A stretch of DNA of 64,000 nucleotides from Patescibacteria group bacterium (GCA_039934415.1 JBDTME010000001.1:265417-329416); one strand, 5' to 3'. Positions 9,767 to 20,747 are shown, counted from the stretch's first letter. The notes: a model not told the origin generated them from the sequence alone. Program-made: numbers and translations.

Positions 9767-11281
9767 ATGCTGGCAAAAATCTTTTCAGTTACTCATCTTG
9801 CCCTAGAAACGTTAACAGTAGAAGTTGAGGTTAATGCTGGTCGAGGTAAACCAAACATATATATTGTCGGTTTGCCAAGCAAAGCTGTTCAAGAATCGGA
9901 GCAGCGAGTAAAAACAGCACTGCAAAACTGTGGCCTTAAGTTCCCAGCCAAAAAAATTACAATCAATTTAGCGCCTGCAGATATTATTAAAGAAGGTCCT
10001 CTCTTTGATCTTCCTATCGCCATCGGCATTCTAAATGCGTTCGGATACATTGAACTCGGAGATAATATTCCCATGTTTCTCGGCGAGCTTTCTCTTGATG
10101 GCAGAGTTCGCAGAGTCAAAGGTGTACTCCCCGCTGTTCTTCACGCGCGTGCTCACGGTTTTTCTCATATTGTCATTCCCAAAGAAAACGAATCAGAGGT
10201 TAATATCATTTCTGGTATTATCATTCATCCTATTCAACACATCTCACAACTTATAGAACACTATGAAATGAAAGCACAATTACCATGTATCATTCCTCAG
10301 GCATTTGGCCATGGAACGTCACAAGTTCATACCACAGACTTTGCAGATATTGCAGGTCAGCAAACTGCCAAAAGAGCTTTGGAAATTGCTGCAGCGGGTG
10401 CTCACAATGTCTTGATGAACGGCAGCCCAGGCAGCGGTAAATCCATGTTGGCTAAAGCAGTAGTTTCAATTCTCCCACCACTCACTGAGGAAGAAGCTAT
10501 CGAGGTGACAACAATTTATTCCGTTACAGGCATGACACTAGAAGGTCTGATCTCACGACGACCTTTTAGAGCACCACATCATACAATTTCAGAAGTTGGT
10601 TTAATTGGCGGAAGTAGCAAGTTGAAACCTGGAGAGATCTCACTTGCTCATCGAGGAGTGTTATTCATGGATGAATTCCCTGAGTTCACGCAAAATAGTC
10701 TCGAAAGTCTACGACAGCCAATGGAAGATCATACTATTAGTATTACTCGAGCATCTGGATCTACCAGCTATCCCGCCCACTTCACGCTCGTCGCGGCTGC
10801 AAATCCTTGCCCCTGTGGGTACTTACTATCGAAAAAAAAAGAGTGCCAATGCCAACCTCACTCGATTGAACACTACAAAAGAAAATTATCAGGTCCAATT
10901 CTAGATCGGATTGATCTGCACGTTAATGTTCAGGAAGTAGAATCGACAACATTGTTCACACATCAAAGTAAAAATTTAGAACATTCAGAGGCCATATTGG
11001 AAAGAGTATTGTTGGCTCGCGAAATTCAACGACAACGATTTAAAAACTCTTCGTTTCTAACAAATGGTGAACTTGACTCAAAGGCTGTCAAACAATTTTG
11101 CGTGCTCACACCTGAAGCAAGAGCATTGCTGGAACATGCCATGATAAAATTAAAACTGTCGGCGCGGAGTTTTTTTAAATTGATTAAAATTGCACAAACG
11201 ATCGCTGATTTAGAGGCTGCACCCAACATCCAAAAACAGCACTTATCGGAGGCTATCCAATATCGGCCCAACGCATTCTGA
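9767..11281 (+). CDS. comM: YifB/ComM family Mg-chelatase-like AAA+ ATPase
   Basis: Lon-like N-domain (LETLTVEVEVNAGRGKPNIYIVGLP), Walker A VLMNGSPGSGKSMLAK and a ChlI-type C-terminus. The start was moved to the ATG at 9767, although the track TTG at 9746 is possible. Confidence 0.85.
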   Translation: MLAKIFSVTHLALETLTVEVEVNAGRGKPNIYIVGLPSKAVQESEQRVKTALQNCGLKFPAKKITINLAPADIIKEGPLFDLPIAIGILNAFGYIELGDNIPMFLGELSLDGRVRRVKGVLPAVLHARAHGFSHIVIPKENESEVNIISGIIIHPIQHISQLIEHYEMKAQLPCIIPQAFGHGTSQVHTTDFADIAGQQTAKRALEIAAAGAHNVLMNGSPGSGKSMLAKAVVSILPPLTEEEAIEVTTIYSVTGMTLEGLISRRPFRAPHHTISEVGLIGGSSKLKPGEISLAHRGVLFMDEFPEFTQNSLESLRQPMEDHTISITRASGSTSYPAHFTLVAAANPCPCGYLLSKKKECQCQPHSIEHYKRKLSGPILDRIDLHVNVQEVESTTLFTHQSKNLEHSEAILERVLLAREIQRQRFKNSSFLTNGELDSKAVKQFCVLTPEARALLEHAMIKLKLSARSFFKLIKIAQTIADLEAAPNIQKQHLSEAIQYRPNAF

Positions 11282-11355
11282 TATTCAAGGTAAGTAAAAA
11301 TTGGAAAAAAAACGCTGAGTGGTATATGCTACTATCCATCAATTGAAAGGAACGT

Positions 11356-12078
11356 ATGAAAGGTATCATTCTCGCCGGAGGAAGCGGCACTCGTCTTCGT
11401 CCACTCACCAAGGTCACCAGCAAACAACTCTTGCCGATCTACAATAAACCGATGATTTTCTATCCATTAGAAACATTAATGACAGCAGGGATTACAGACA
11501 TTCTAATCATAGTCGCCCCTGAAAGAGCAGGTGATTTCCTTAACTTGTTGGGCAGTGGAAAAGAGTTTGGATGCAAATTTACATATGAAATTCAAGACAA
11601 ACCAGAAGGTCTTTCGCAAGCTTTTATTATCGGAAAAAATTTCATTGGTAATGATTCAGTTTGCTTAATTTTAGGAGACAATTTATACGAAGATAATTTC
11701 TCGGAGGCGATTAATTCGTTTAAGTCTGGTGCTCGGATTTTTGCAAAAGAAGTCTCCGATCCTGAACGCTATGGAGTAGTTGATTTTGACGAAAATCACA
11801 AAGCGATTTCTATTGTTGAGAAACCAACCGAACCTAAATCTAACTTTGCAGTAACAGGATGTTATATCTACGACAATACCGTCATTGAAAAAGTGAATAA
11901 TCTGAAGCCATCTCCTCGAGGTGAATTAGAGATTACCGACTTAAACATGGTGTATCTCAATGAAGGAACTCTCGATGTTGCTTTTGTAAAAGGCAAATGG
12001 ATGGACACTGGTACATTTGAATCAATGTATGAAGCCATCACATTTGCGAGGGAAAGAGAGTTAGCCAAGAAAGTGTAG
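11356..12078 (+). CDS. rmlA: glucose-1-phosphate thymidylyltransferase, short form
   Basis: N-terminus MKGIILAGGSGTRLRPLT...KQLLPIYNKPMIFYPLETL typical of RmlA/RfbA. Confidence 0.8.
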   Translation: MKGIILAGGSGTRLRPLTKVTSKQLLPIYNKPMIFYPLETLMTAGITDILIIVAPERAGDFLNLLGSGKEFGCKFTYEIQDKPEGLSQAFIIGKNFIGNDSVCLILGDNLYEDNFSEAINSFKSGARIFAKEVSDPERYGVVDFDENHKAISIVEKPTEPKSNFAVTGCYIYDNTVIEKVNNLKPSPRGELEITDLNMVYLNEGTLDVAFVKGKWMDTGTFESMYEAITFARERELAKKV

Positions 12079-12105
12079 TCCTCTTTTTCATGCTACAATA
12101 ATTTC

Positions 12106-12930
12106 ATGCGGAAAACATTTTGCATCGTTTTGTGTTTGATTACTATGGTCTTCGTACAGAGTCCAGGGTTAGTAATTGCCCAAGTGAATCCAGAGATAAC
12201 AGTAATTCCCCAACAAATAGATCCTAATAAGCTTCCCAGTTTGCAACAAACGTATTTTGCACAACTAGAGGAGTACCGCAATCAAGAACAAAAGTACCTC
12301 GTTGCCAAAAATCAGTATCATCAACTTAATACATTAGCTTCCCAAGAAGTTGCTGTTGCTGAAACAAGACAGTTACTGTCTTTACGTGCGAACGTATTTC
12401 TTACGTATATTGAAATATTGGATGAGTTATTAAATCAAGGTAAAGGTATACCATTAGAAAATAAAAATCCAGAACGAGTCTTTTTATCACTTCTTACTGA
12501 CAAAGTACAAATCCACAAAAGTGCAGTTGAATCGGCACAAAACCGGTTTGCAATCGACCAAGAATCTATTAATTTCGCACCAACCTACAAATTACTTGAA
12601 TCTCACACATACTACATCTTGAGTCTAATCAAACTGGGGGATATGCAAGTAGCCTATGACAAATTGCTTATCGCCCGAGATGTAGTCAAATCATACGTTC
12701 AGGATCAGACTCTAAGTACAGCAGTACGTGCCGAGAAAGACCGCGGATTTGACGAAATTGAACGGAATATCAAAGTAATGGATAAAACCTTTACTCCAAT
12801 CAAAACAAAAGTATACTCTTCATCCGAGAATAAAAATTTGTCTGCATACTCACAACTTTCGTCAGAACTAAGCCCAGTGTATGCCCAAATAAACCAGGTC
12901 ATCCAGTTTCTAGAAGAAGTCAGGAAATAA
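12106..12930 (+). CDS. hypothetical secreted helical protein
   Basis: N-terminal signal peptide (MRKTFCIVLCLITMVFVQSPGLVIA). No family recognised. Confidence 0.45.
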   Translation: MRKTFCIVLCLITMVFVQSPGLVIAQVNPEITVIPQQIDPNKLPSLQQTYFAQLEEYRNQEQKYLVAKNQYHQLNTLASQEVAVAETRQLLSLRANVFLTYIEILDELLNQGKGIPLENKNPERVFLSLLTDKVQIHKSAVESAQNRFAIDQESINFAPTYKLLESHTYYILSLIKLGDMQVAYDKLLIARDVVKSYVQDQTLSTAVRAEKDRGFDEIERNIKVMDKTFTPIKTKVYSSSENKNLSAYSQLSSELSPVYAQINQVIQFLEEVRK

Positions 12931-12935
12931 TTATT

Positions 12936-13304
12936 ATGACAGATCAATATTTCATCGAAAATCAAACTGTCTTCGCTGAAGAAGAGCCGTATCACATTGC
13001 AAATCAGAAGAAAAAGAAATTGGACGAGACACTGGCTGTGAAGAAACCTCGAAAATTACTATATTTAGGTGGCGCCTTTGCCCTAGTTTTTTTCCTTTTG
13101 ATCGGAGTTGCTGCCACCTTGATGAAACAACAATCGACACCTTCTGTTCTGGTCGTTACGCCTACTGCCACTCCTCTACCCCAAAGCACGTCTCAAATTG
13201 ACCAAGTTATGTCAGAACTTAGGATGACAGTTGATAATGCTGATCCTTCCAAAACAACACTACCTTTTCCTCCGGTGGCTGACCAAATTCACATCAACCA
13301 ATAG
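12936..13304 (+). CDS. small single-pass membrane protein
   Basis: 122 aa with one TM helix (LLYLGGAFALVFFLLIGVAATLM) and a P/T-rich tail. It lies directly downstream of 12106-12930. Confidence 0.4.
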   Translation: MTDQYFIENQTVFAEEEPYHIANQKKKKLDETLAVKKPRKLLYLGGAFALVFFLLIGVAATLMKQQSTPSVLVVTPTATPLPQSTSQIDQVMSELRMTVDNADPSKTTLPFPPVADQIHINQ

Positions 13305-13392
13305 GCGTCATTTAGCTTGATACAAGAGATTTTTTTGTGATTAACGTTTTTTTTGGTACAATACCCCTTAATACTGCTATTTACTATCTCCT

Positions 13393-13716
13393 ATGACAGT
13401 CCAACAACTCACCCAACAATATGAAGAAATTGGCATACTTTTAAATGAAAAATGGCCAATTGACGATAAAAATAAACGAATCTTTGCCAGAACGATGAAG
13501 ATTGTCGAGGAGTTTGGGGAGTTGGCAGACGAGATTCTAACGAGCATGAACTTACAGAGAAATACAAAAATTGAGAATTTTTCCAGATTAAACGTAGAAG
13601 ACGAGTTCGCAGATGTCCTGGGCTCTCTCATTTTACTCGCCATTGAACTTGATATTGACGTTGAGACAGTGATGAAACGAAAAATTGAATTGACACGAAA
13701 GAGATTTGGCAAGTAA
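13393..13716 (+). CDS. MazG-like nucleotide pyrophosphohydrolase (small all-alpha NTP-PPase)
   Basis: 107 aa with EEFGELADEIL and EDEFADVLGSLILLAIELDIDVE motifs characteristic of MazG-type NTP pyrophosphatases. Confidence 0.6.
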   Translation: MTVQQLTQQYEEIGILLNEKWPIDDKNKRIFARTMKIVEEFGELADEILTSMNLQRNTKIENFSRLNVEDEFADVLGSLILLAIELDIDVETVMKRKIELTRKRFGK

Positions 13717-13722
13717 TCTGCC

Positions 13723-14466
13723 TTATTTTTTGGCGAACTGGGTTTTCTCTTTATTGACCATTGTACCCACACTGTCGCCCATTACTGCTTTCTCCAAATT
13801 ATTTCCCTCAAACAACTTGAAGACCATAATTGCCATGTTATTTTCATTACACATTGCTAAAGCTGCGGTATCCATTACTTGAATATCAGACATCTCGATC
13901 GCATCTTTGAAGTTTAAGACTTCGTAGCGCTTGGCATCTGGATATTTAACAGGATCTCGATCATAGACTCCATCTACTTTTGTTGCCTTCATCACGACAT
14001 CACAGTGTAACTCCAGGGCATGTAGTGAAGCACCAGTATCGGTCGTGACGTAAGGATTACCAGTACCTGCACCAATTATGACCACGCGACCTTTTTCCAT
14101 GTGACGAATCGCTTTTCTTCGCACAAATGGTTCGGCTACAGAAGTCATGGATAATGCTGATTGAACTCGAGTTGGAATCCCAAGCTTTTCCAATGCATCT
14201 TGAAGAGCTAACGCATTCATGACAGTAGCTAACATCCCCATATAGTCAGCTGTAGCCCGTTCGATGCCATTCTTGGATCCAGATATGCCTCTGAAAATAT
14301 TCCCTCCGCCGATGACAACGGCAACTTGCACTCCTTTGGCGTACACTGCTCGAATTTGTTGCGCAACCAATTCAGCCGCATCAGGATCGATACCGTACTC
14401 GCGTTTTCCCAACATTGACTCACCACCCACTTTGAGAAGAATTCGATTGAAACGAGTACCTGACAT
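13723..14466 (-). CDS. pyrH: UMP kinase
   Basis: ILLKVGGESM, VVIGGGNIFRG and TGNPYVTTDT motifs of the amino-acid-kinase family, UMPK type. Confidence 0.9.
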   Translation of the reverse strand: MSGTRFNRILLKVGGESMLGKREYGIDPDAAELVAQQIRAVYAKGVQVAVVIGGGNIFRGISGSKNGIERATADYMGMLATVMNALALQDALEKLGIPTRVQSALSMTSVAEPFVRRKAIRHMEKGRVVIIGAGTGNPYVTTDTGASLHALELHCDVVMKATKVDGVYDRDPVKYPDAKRYEVLNFKDAIEMSDIQVMDTAALAMCNENNMAIMVFKLFEGNNLEKAVMGDSVGTMVNKEKTQFAKK

Positions 14467-14613
14467 ATACGCCTTCTTTCTTTTGATAAAGTGTACCCAA
14501 AAAGAACTGATAAATCAAATAGATCTCACTATTGTTTCTACGATTGATCAGAAACTTAATTATAAAATTGTTCTAGAAAAAAGTACAGCCGGGGCTTTTA
14601 AAGCCACTATTAC

Positions 14614-16113
14614 CTATACCTTTTCCGTAACCCGATATTCAATGTACTTTCCCAGCATCAGACGAGTGTGTGCATCTATACCAGGAAGAGCAGAGAAAAA
14701 GAAACCTAGGAATGGCAACATAAGGAACTCTAATGGTTGGGTAATGATGGAGTACAGCTTTCCCAAGAAACTTGTATGAGGTCTTGGTGGTCGATTTCGA
14801 GCATCAATCATGAAAATAATGACCATCGAAACCAGCGATAATGTAAGTAAAGTGGATGTAACCTGAGGCAGAGTCGTCCCTAAAATGGTCCGATTGAACT
14901 GCTCGTTCAAGAGTGGCGGTAAGAAAGCAGAAACAGTAATTGCAAACCAGTTCACGGGCCAAAGAAAATGATCTTCCATTGTCTTCAACACTCTAATTGT
15001 TTTATCCCAAAAGGGAATTCCATCAGCCAGAATGTACTGCTTAATAATATATGCATCATCGCTGACACCCCAAGCCCATCTTTTGAGCTGTTCATATTGA
15101 TTTACCATCGTTGCCCACCAACCGTGGGATTCAGCTGCATCGGCAAATACAGTTAGGAATAAAGGTTCTACCTCCACTTTCCCTTTAGTAGCAAAGTAAG
15201 CTTTGAAAAAGAGCCGGTAATCCTCTGGAATCACATTGGTATCCCAGTACCCAATATTATGAATTAGACGCAATGAAGTCGAGTATGTAGAGAAATTAAT
15301 CAGTCTATCTTGTCTCATTAAAATGAACATCTGATTCACTGAAAAAACAGATGCCATGACACGAACAGGTGCAGGAACTCGCCAAATATTATTGTAAAAC
15401 GAAATGCTCGCCTGCCAAATTCGAAAGTATTTATGAGGATGTGTTAAGAATTTATATGTTAAACACGCAAAATAGGATCGATGGAACAACGCATCAGCAT
15501 CTTCACTCGAGATAGTTAAGTTATCTATCAATAAACCTTCCTTATCCACCAACAGCTTTTTAGCTTGTTTGGCTCCCCAACTCGTGTTCGAAGACTTCCC
15601 TTTCACTTCACCTTCAATGTCAGGATGGTAGGTATCCCAGAGATGACCAAATAATTTGCCGTACTTAGCCTGTAATTCTTTCGCTTTCTGTTGAGCTGCT
15701 TCTCCTTCGCGTTCCTCAAACGACAACATGATGTGTAAGTGGTCGAGCGGATACGTCTGTTGAGATAAATGATGAAGTGAACGTTCTAGAATTTCCCGAG
15801 GCTCTTTGTAGGTAGGAATCACGATAATGTGATGAATATTTTGCCAATCCGGCAAGGATTGAACGTCTTTCATCCAATCATGTTTTGAAGCGGCTTTGAT
15901 TCGCACATTCGCTACCACGGCAAGCACAGCGAGCGTGACAGAACGGTATAGCCAATACACTGAGAAACCAATCACGTAATAGGCAACAAACTCGGGAATG
16001 ATAAAAGATCCCCAAAAAGGAAACAAAATGAGCGACCAAGACACAAAACCTGGCAAGATTTCTAAAAATCTCTGGGTTTTGACTGGATGACGGCGAACGT
16101 ATCGTTTAAACAT
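14614..16113 (-). CDS. processive family-2 glycosyltransferase (membrane-integrated, QxxRW type)
   Basis: N-terminal TM helices, GT-A core IVIPTYKEP, a Q-L-K-R-W motif (QYEQLKRWAWG) and C-terminal TM helices. Confidence 0.65.
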   Translation of the reverse strand: MFKRYVRRHPVKTQRFLEILPGFVSWSLILFPFWGSFIIPEFVAYYVIGFSVYWLYRSVTLAVLAVVANVRIKAASKHDWMKDVQSLPDWQNIHHIIVIPTYKEPREILERSLHHLSQQTYPLDHLHIMLSFEEREGEAAQQKAKELQAKYGKLFGHLWDTYHPDIEGEVKGKSSNTSWGAKQAKKLLVDKEGLLIDNLTISSEDADALFHRSYFACLTYKFLTHPHKYFRIWQASISFYNNIWRVPAPVRVMASVFSVNQMFILMRQDRLINFSTYSTSLRLIHNIGYWDTNVIPEDYRLFFKAYFATKGKVEVEPLFLTVFADAAESHGWWATMVNQYEQLKRWAWGVSDDAYIIKQYILADGIPFWDKTIRVLKTMEDHFLWPVNWFAITVSAFLPPLLNEQFNRTILGTTLPQVTSTLLTLSLVSMVIIFMIDARNRPPRPHTSFLGKLYSIITQPLEFLMLPFLGFFFSALPGIDAHTRLMLGKYIEYRVTEKV

Positions 16114-16137
16114 ACTAGGTACAAAATTGATTTTAAA

Positions 16138-16998
16138 CTATATTTTAAAGAGTCGCTCTGCATTCTCAGCAAAACTCGTTCGATCTACTTTCAGTTCACT
16201 CTCAATATATTCTACAGTTTTTGCAAGCATCCAGGGCTCACAAGTTTTCCCCCGAAATTCCTGAGGGGGTAAAAAAGGAGCATCTGTCTCGACAAGTCTC
16301 TTATTCATAGGCACGATGGCAAAAATATCTCTAATCTGTTGTGCCTTAGGATAAGTGATGTTACCATCAAACCCCATATAGCCACCCATTTCAATCGCCA
16401 CTTTAACATATGAAATCGGCCCAGATACACAATGCAAAGTGAATTTTGAAATGTTATGTTTTTGCATCACTTCCAACGCATCCCAGTACGCATTATTCGC
16501 AATCTTTTCTTCACTAATTGCTTTATCACGAACATGCAGAATAAGTGGCAAATCTTTTTTTTGTGCCAATTCAACGTGTTTTTCAAACGCTTTTTTTTGT
16601 ATATCAATAACCACCGATCGTTCTTCTCCATCAGCTGGGAGCCGAAAATAATCTAAACCAGTTTCGCCAATCGCAACCACTTTTTTATCATCTAAGATCA
16701 AATTGAGCTCTTCAATGTCTGTCTCCATATCTTCAAATAAAGAATCAAAAGAAGCAACTTTATGTTGTTCAGCATCTTGAAAACTCTCGTGGTAAATGGT
16801 GGGATGACAACCAACGCTCGCAAACAAACCTTCAGTTTTGGAAGCGATTTGAGTCGCGACAGTTGAGGAAAGAAAATCAGTGCCGACAACTATCGACTTG
16901 GTAATGCCGTTTTTCTGTGCTGTTTCCCAGTGTTCTGACCAATCATTACTATTAAATAGTGTTTCAAGATTGTAGTGAACGTGCGTATCAATAATCAT
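16138..16998 (-). CDS. tatD: TatD family metal-dependent hydrolase/DNase
   Basis: MIIDTHVHYN N-terminus and TIM-barrel metal ligands of the TatD family. It lies directly downstream of metG, as in many bacteria. Confidence 0.8.
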   Translation of the reverse strand: MIIDTHVHYNLETLFNSNDWSEHWETAQKNGITKSIVVGTDFLSSTVATQIASKTEGLFASVGCHPTIYHESFQDAEQHKVASFDSLFEDMETDIEELNLILDDKKVVAIGETGLDYFRLPADGEERSVVIDIQKKAFEKHVELAQKKDLPLILHVRDKAISEEKIANNAYWDALEVMQKHNISKFTLHCVSGPISYVKVAIEMGGYMGFDGNITYPKAQQIRDIFAIVPMNKRLVETDAPFLPPQEFRGKTCEPWMLAKTVEYIESELKVDRTSFAENAERLFKI

Positions 16999-17005
16999 GC
17001 AAACC

Positions 17006-18424
17006 TCACTGTAATCGGGGGAAAAGTGGTTCCATTGCTGTAATCTTTTCTTGACTGAAACGATTTAAAATCTGTTTGGCTGTTTTGGGCATGAATGGCT
17101 CAAGGTGAAAAGCGATATAACAAATCTGCTCGACGGCTGCTTCTAAAATTTCCCGCAACTCTTCACCTTCTTTTTTCCAAGGCTGAGAGTCTGCTAGTGA
17201 TTTATCGAGCTGAGCTACCAACTCCATCACAATTTCCATCGCTTTATCAAGTTCAGATGCTACCATGAATTTGTTATAGGCATCAGAGAATTTTAAAGTG
17301 ATCGGGGGAAACTGTAACTGAGATTTTTCACACAGCTTTGCGACGCGTGAACACAAATTACCTAGTCCATTGGCAAGATCTGCCGTATAAATCTCGGCAA
17401 ACTTTTCATAACTGAAGTCACCATCTGCATGGGTCGGAATATACTTAAGTAAATAATATCGGATTGTTTCTATCTCGTATTTTTTCACTAATTCGAATGG
17501 ATCAATAACATTCCCTAATGATTTGCTCATTTTTTGACCGTTGGCAGTAATGTACCCATGAACAGACACCGATTTTGGTGTGGGCAGACCAGCTGATAAC
17601 AGCATCCCAATCCAATATACGGAATGAAATCGATTGATCCCTTTACCAATTACATGGACATCTGCAGGCCAGTACTTTTCAAATAAAGCCTGATCGTATC
17701 CCCAACCAACTCCTGTCAAATAAATCGACAAAGCATCGAACCAGACATACATTACCTGGTCAGAATCATCAGGTACTGGTACGCCAATGCCTCGACCACG
17801 CACATTTGAACGGGATACACTAAAATCTTTTAGACCAGAACGGACAAATCCCAACATCTCCTGCTTGAACTGATCAGACACAATCTGAAGTTTGTCGGAA
17901 ACAATCAGTTGCTCTATTTGATTCTGATATTTGGATAATTTAAAAAACCAATTTTCCTCTTCGACTGTTTCAGGCACTGTTAAATGTTCCGGACATTTTC
18001 CATCGACTAATTCATCTTGAGTATAGAACTGCTCACATCCGAGACAGTACAACCCCGTATATGTTTTCTTATACATGTCATGCTTACATAACTCCCACAG
18101 CTTCTGAACACCTGGCCAGTGCTTTTCTTTATCACTACCTCGTCGAAACGAATCAACCTCAACTCCAAACTCAGCAAAAGCATCTTCAAAAATTTTCGAG
18201 TACTCATCGAGCCACGCTTGAGGTTCTTTGCCAGCTTTTTCTGCTGCTTGTACATTTTTGAGACTGTTCTCATCTGCACCGCAAGTAAAAAAAACATCCT
18301 GACCGAGCAACTTGTGATAACGCACAATCGTATCAGCCTGAAACCATTCCAACACATGACCTAAATGTGGCTTAGCATTGACGTATGGGATTGCTGCGGT
18401 GAGGTAAAAAGTGTTATCTGACAT
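17006..18424 (-). CDS. metG: methionyl-tRNA synthetase (short, catalytic core form)
   Basis: Class I HIGH-type motif PHLGHVLE and KMSKS motif seen in translation. Confidence 0.9.
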   Translation of the reverse strand: MSDNTFYLTAAIPYVNAKPHLGHVLEWFQADTIVRYHKLLGQDVFFTCGADENSLKNVQAAEKAGKEPQAWLDEYSKIFEDAFAEFGVEVDSFRRGSDKEKHWPGVQKLWELCKHDMYKKTYTGLYCLGCEQFYTQDELVDGKCPEHLTVPETVEEENWFFKLSKYQNQIEQLIVSDKLQIVSDQFKQEMLGFVRSGLKDFSVSRSNVRGRGIGVPVPDDSDQVMYVWFDALSIYLTGVGWGYDQALFEKYWPADVHVIGKGINRFHSVYWIGMLLSAGLPTPKSVSVHGYITANGQKMSKSLGNVIDPFELVKKYEIETIRYYLLKYIPTHADGDFSYEKFAEIYTADLANGLGNLCSRVAKLCEKSQLQFPPITLKFSDAYNKFMVASELDKAMEIVMELVAQLDKSLADSQPWKKEGEELREILEAAVEQICYIAFHLEPFMPKTAKQILNRFSQEKITAMEPLFPRLQ

Positions 18425-18446
18425 GAAGGAATTATAGCTTAGGACG

Positions 18447-18797
18447 TCAATTCGAGGTAGAGGGATGCCAAATTAAGCCAGCACATATAAGTTGCATAGC
18501 GAATACTCTATCTAAATCACTAACTACTAAGGCTTCTGCAACGAGAGTAGACATTATTTCTATGGAAATGTACTGATCAAGAATCAAGGTCAATTCTAAG
18601 CTTTCATTTCTCTCGTCTTCTTCTTTAGTCAGTACGATATACGCATTAAATTTGTCCAAAAAGACACCATACTCATGGAACAACTTGTATGAAATGTGTG
18701 TTCTATAATTGGCAAGCTGTTCAGATTCGAATTGAGTACTTGCAGGTTTTATGCGAAGAGAGACAGCAAATGATTTACTTGATTTGTTTTCTATCAC
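18447..18797 (-). CDS. hypothetical protein
   Basis: 116-aa ORF starting at the stop of the upstream TrpR-like gene. No recognisable domain. Confidence 0.35.
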   Translation of the reverse strand: MIENKSSKSFAVSLRIKPASTQFESEQLANYRTHISYKLFHEYGVFLDKFNAYIVLTKEEDERNESLELTLILDQYISIEIMSTLVAEALVVSDLDRVFAMQLICAGLIWHPSTSN

Positions 18798-19213
18798 TAC
18801 AGAGGTTGGCTAATTTTAAATAACTTGAAAAAATTTTTACTCGTCTGATCTGCCCATTTTTCAGTGCTTATTTTTTTGAGGGCAAGTTTTAGTCCTTCTG
18901 ATTTCATCATTTCAGCTACAGATGAAATGGTTGCGCTGGAAACTCCAAATTCTTTTCGAATAGCATCATAGGATTTACCTGACTGCAACTCGAGAGCGAT
19001 GGCTAGACGTTTGGCAAAAGTGAGTCGTTCTGAGTCAGAGAGGAAGTCGAGTAAAAAAGTCTGAGACTCTTGAACACTTCTTAGGTCGGTAATGACTTGG
19101 AAAAATGTCTGAACTATTTCATCTGCAGAATTTTGAGATAAAACAGATGGACTGTTTTTTTTCTTCTTCACTTCTGTTGATTTTTCAGTTGATTTCTTGG
19201 TGGTTTTTTTCAC
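18797..19213 (-). CDS. TrpR/YerC/YecD-like DNA-binding protein
   Basis: K-rich N-terminus, then LSDSERLTFAKRLAIALELQSGKSYDAIRKEFGVSSATISSVA, matching the Trp-repressor-like helix-turn-helix fold. Confidence 0.5.
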   Translation of the reverse strand: MKKTTKKSTEKSTEVKKKKNSPSVLSQNSADEIVQTFFQVITDLRSVQESQTFLLDFLSDSERLTFAKRLAIALELQSGKSYDAIRKEFGVSSATISSVAEMMKSEGLKLALKKISTEKWADQTSKNFFKLFKISQPL

Positions 19214-19225
19214 AGCCGGGTTATA

Positions 19226-19642
19226 TCACCTTTCCCTCAAGACTGTCAAGATAGTCTCGAGGAAAGCAAACGGGAAAATGATGTATATGAAAGCACCAAT
19301 ATTAAGTACGTGTTGAAACTGCAACCAGACTAAAATTGTCAGGCAACTTGCCCACATCACGGCCCGACGAACATTAAGTGTCACAAATAACAAACCACAG
19401 CTTGAACAAATAAAGAAAGCCAAAATAACTGGTAAAAAACTGCTCGGAAAAAGGATGTCTCGGATTTCACCTGGGGAGACAGAGAAAAGAATCCAAATGA
19501 GCACTACAAAACAGAAAGCTGATGCAATACCCGCTGGCAAATAATCTGACCGAACAACTGGTTGTTTAATAGGACTAACGGTGTGCAAAGAGTGTAGTTG
19601 AGGCATGGCTGGATAAGGTATATAGAGTATACTATTTTTCAT
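19226..19642 (-). CDS. small polytopic membrane protein
   Basis: 138 aa with 3-4 hydrophobic helices. It is divergent from rmuC. Confidence 0.4.
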   Translation of the reverse strand: MKNSILYIPYPAMPQLHSLHTVSPIKQPVVRSDYLPAGIASAFCFVVLIWILFSVSPGEIRDILFPSSFLPVILAFFICSSCGLLFVTLNVRRAVMWASCLTILVWLQFQHVLNIGAFIYIIFPFAFLETILTVLRER

Positions 19643-20747
19643 GGATTTACTTTCACTCGCTATTATTATTGTCGTTTTGATCGCTGGCTTCGGTGCTCTA
19701 ATTTTTGTACTTAAAAAAACTTTGACGCCTCAAAATCAGGAGCAAAATTTAGAAGCGATGGTCAACAAAGTCTTCGGTCTGACTGCGAATCAGCTCGCTC
19801 AACAAAGTAAGCAATTATTGAGTGCAGAAAAAGAAGTGATTCAAACTGATTTGATGAATAAAGAACGTTCAATCCAGAAAATGGTCGAGCAAATTAAAAC
19901 AGAAATTGATGAGCGGCAAAAGGAGATTCGAGCACTAGAACAAGATCGGAATAAATCATATGCCTCAATCAAAGAATCGATAGAGCAGCACAGGGAAATT
20001 ACTAAGGAGTTAAAAACGACGACAGACTCTCTTGCGAAGGTATTGTCTAATAATCAACAACGTGGCGAGTGGGGCGAACGTATTATTGAAGATTTATTAC
20101 AGTCCTCCGGCTTTGTGGAAGGCGTTCATTATGTTCGTCAGGCAAAACTCGGCGCAGGTTCTGATCGACCAGATATTACATTGATGTTGCCGAATAAACG
20201 AGTCGTTCCCGTGGATGTAAAATTCCCATACTCTGAAATGCAAAAAATGGTCACGACTGATTCAAAACAACAAAAAGAAATTCATGAAAAACAGTTCGCC
20301 ATAGACGTCAAACAAAAGATTAAAAAGGTCGCGTTGTACATTCGTCCGGAAGACGACACTCTCGATTACGCCATTTTGTTCGTACCAAATGAGATGGTCT
20401 TTTCATTCATTAATCAAAAATATCCTGAACTCATTTCTGAAGCAATTCGGATGCGCGTGATGATCGTCTCACCATTCACATTTTTAATTGTGGCGCGAAC
20501 AATCATGGAAAGTTATCGCAACTTCATGATGGAGAGTAATCTGCGTTCCATTGTCAAACAAATCGGTGAGTTCGCCAAAGAATGGGAAATGTTTATCGAT
20601 GAATTTGACACTTTTGGTAAAAACATTGGAAAACTAGACGAAAGCTATCACAAAATTCGAGATACCAGACACAAACAAATGAGTAGAAAAATCGAACACA
20701 TCGAGAAGTTTAAACATGGTGATGAGAAGGCTTCATTGAATCAGTGA
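19641..20747 (+). CDS. rmuC: DNA recombination protein RmuC
   Basis: N-terminal TM helix, coiled coil and RmuC C-domain motifs RPDITLMLPNKRVVPVDVKFPY and DYAILFVPNEMVF. Confidence 0.8.
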   Translation: MDLLSLAIIIVVLIAGFGALIFVLKKTLTPQNQEQNLEAMVNKVFGLTANQLAQQSKQLLSAEKEVIQTDLMNKERSIQKMVEQIKTEIDERQKEIRALEQDRNKSYASIKESIEQHREITKELKTTTDSLAKVLSNNQQRGEWGERIIEDLLQSSGFVEGVHYVRQAKLGAGSDRPDITLMLPNKRVVPVDVKFPYSEMQKMVTTDSKQQKEIHEKQFAIDVKQKIKKVALYIRPEDDTLDYAILFVPNEMVFSFINQKYPELISEAIRMRVMIVSPFTFLIVARTIMESYRNFMMESNLRSIVKQIGEFAKEWEMFIDEFDTFGKNIGKLDESYHKIRDTRHKQMSRKIEHIEKFKHGDEKASLNQ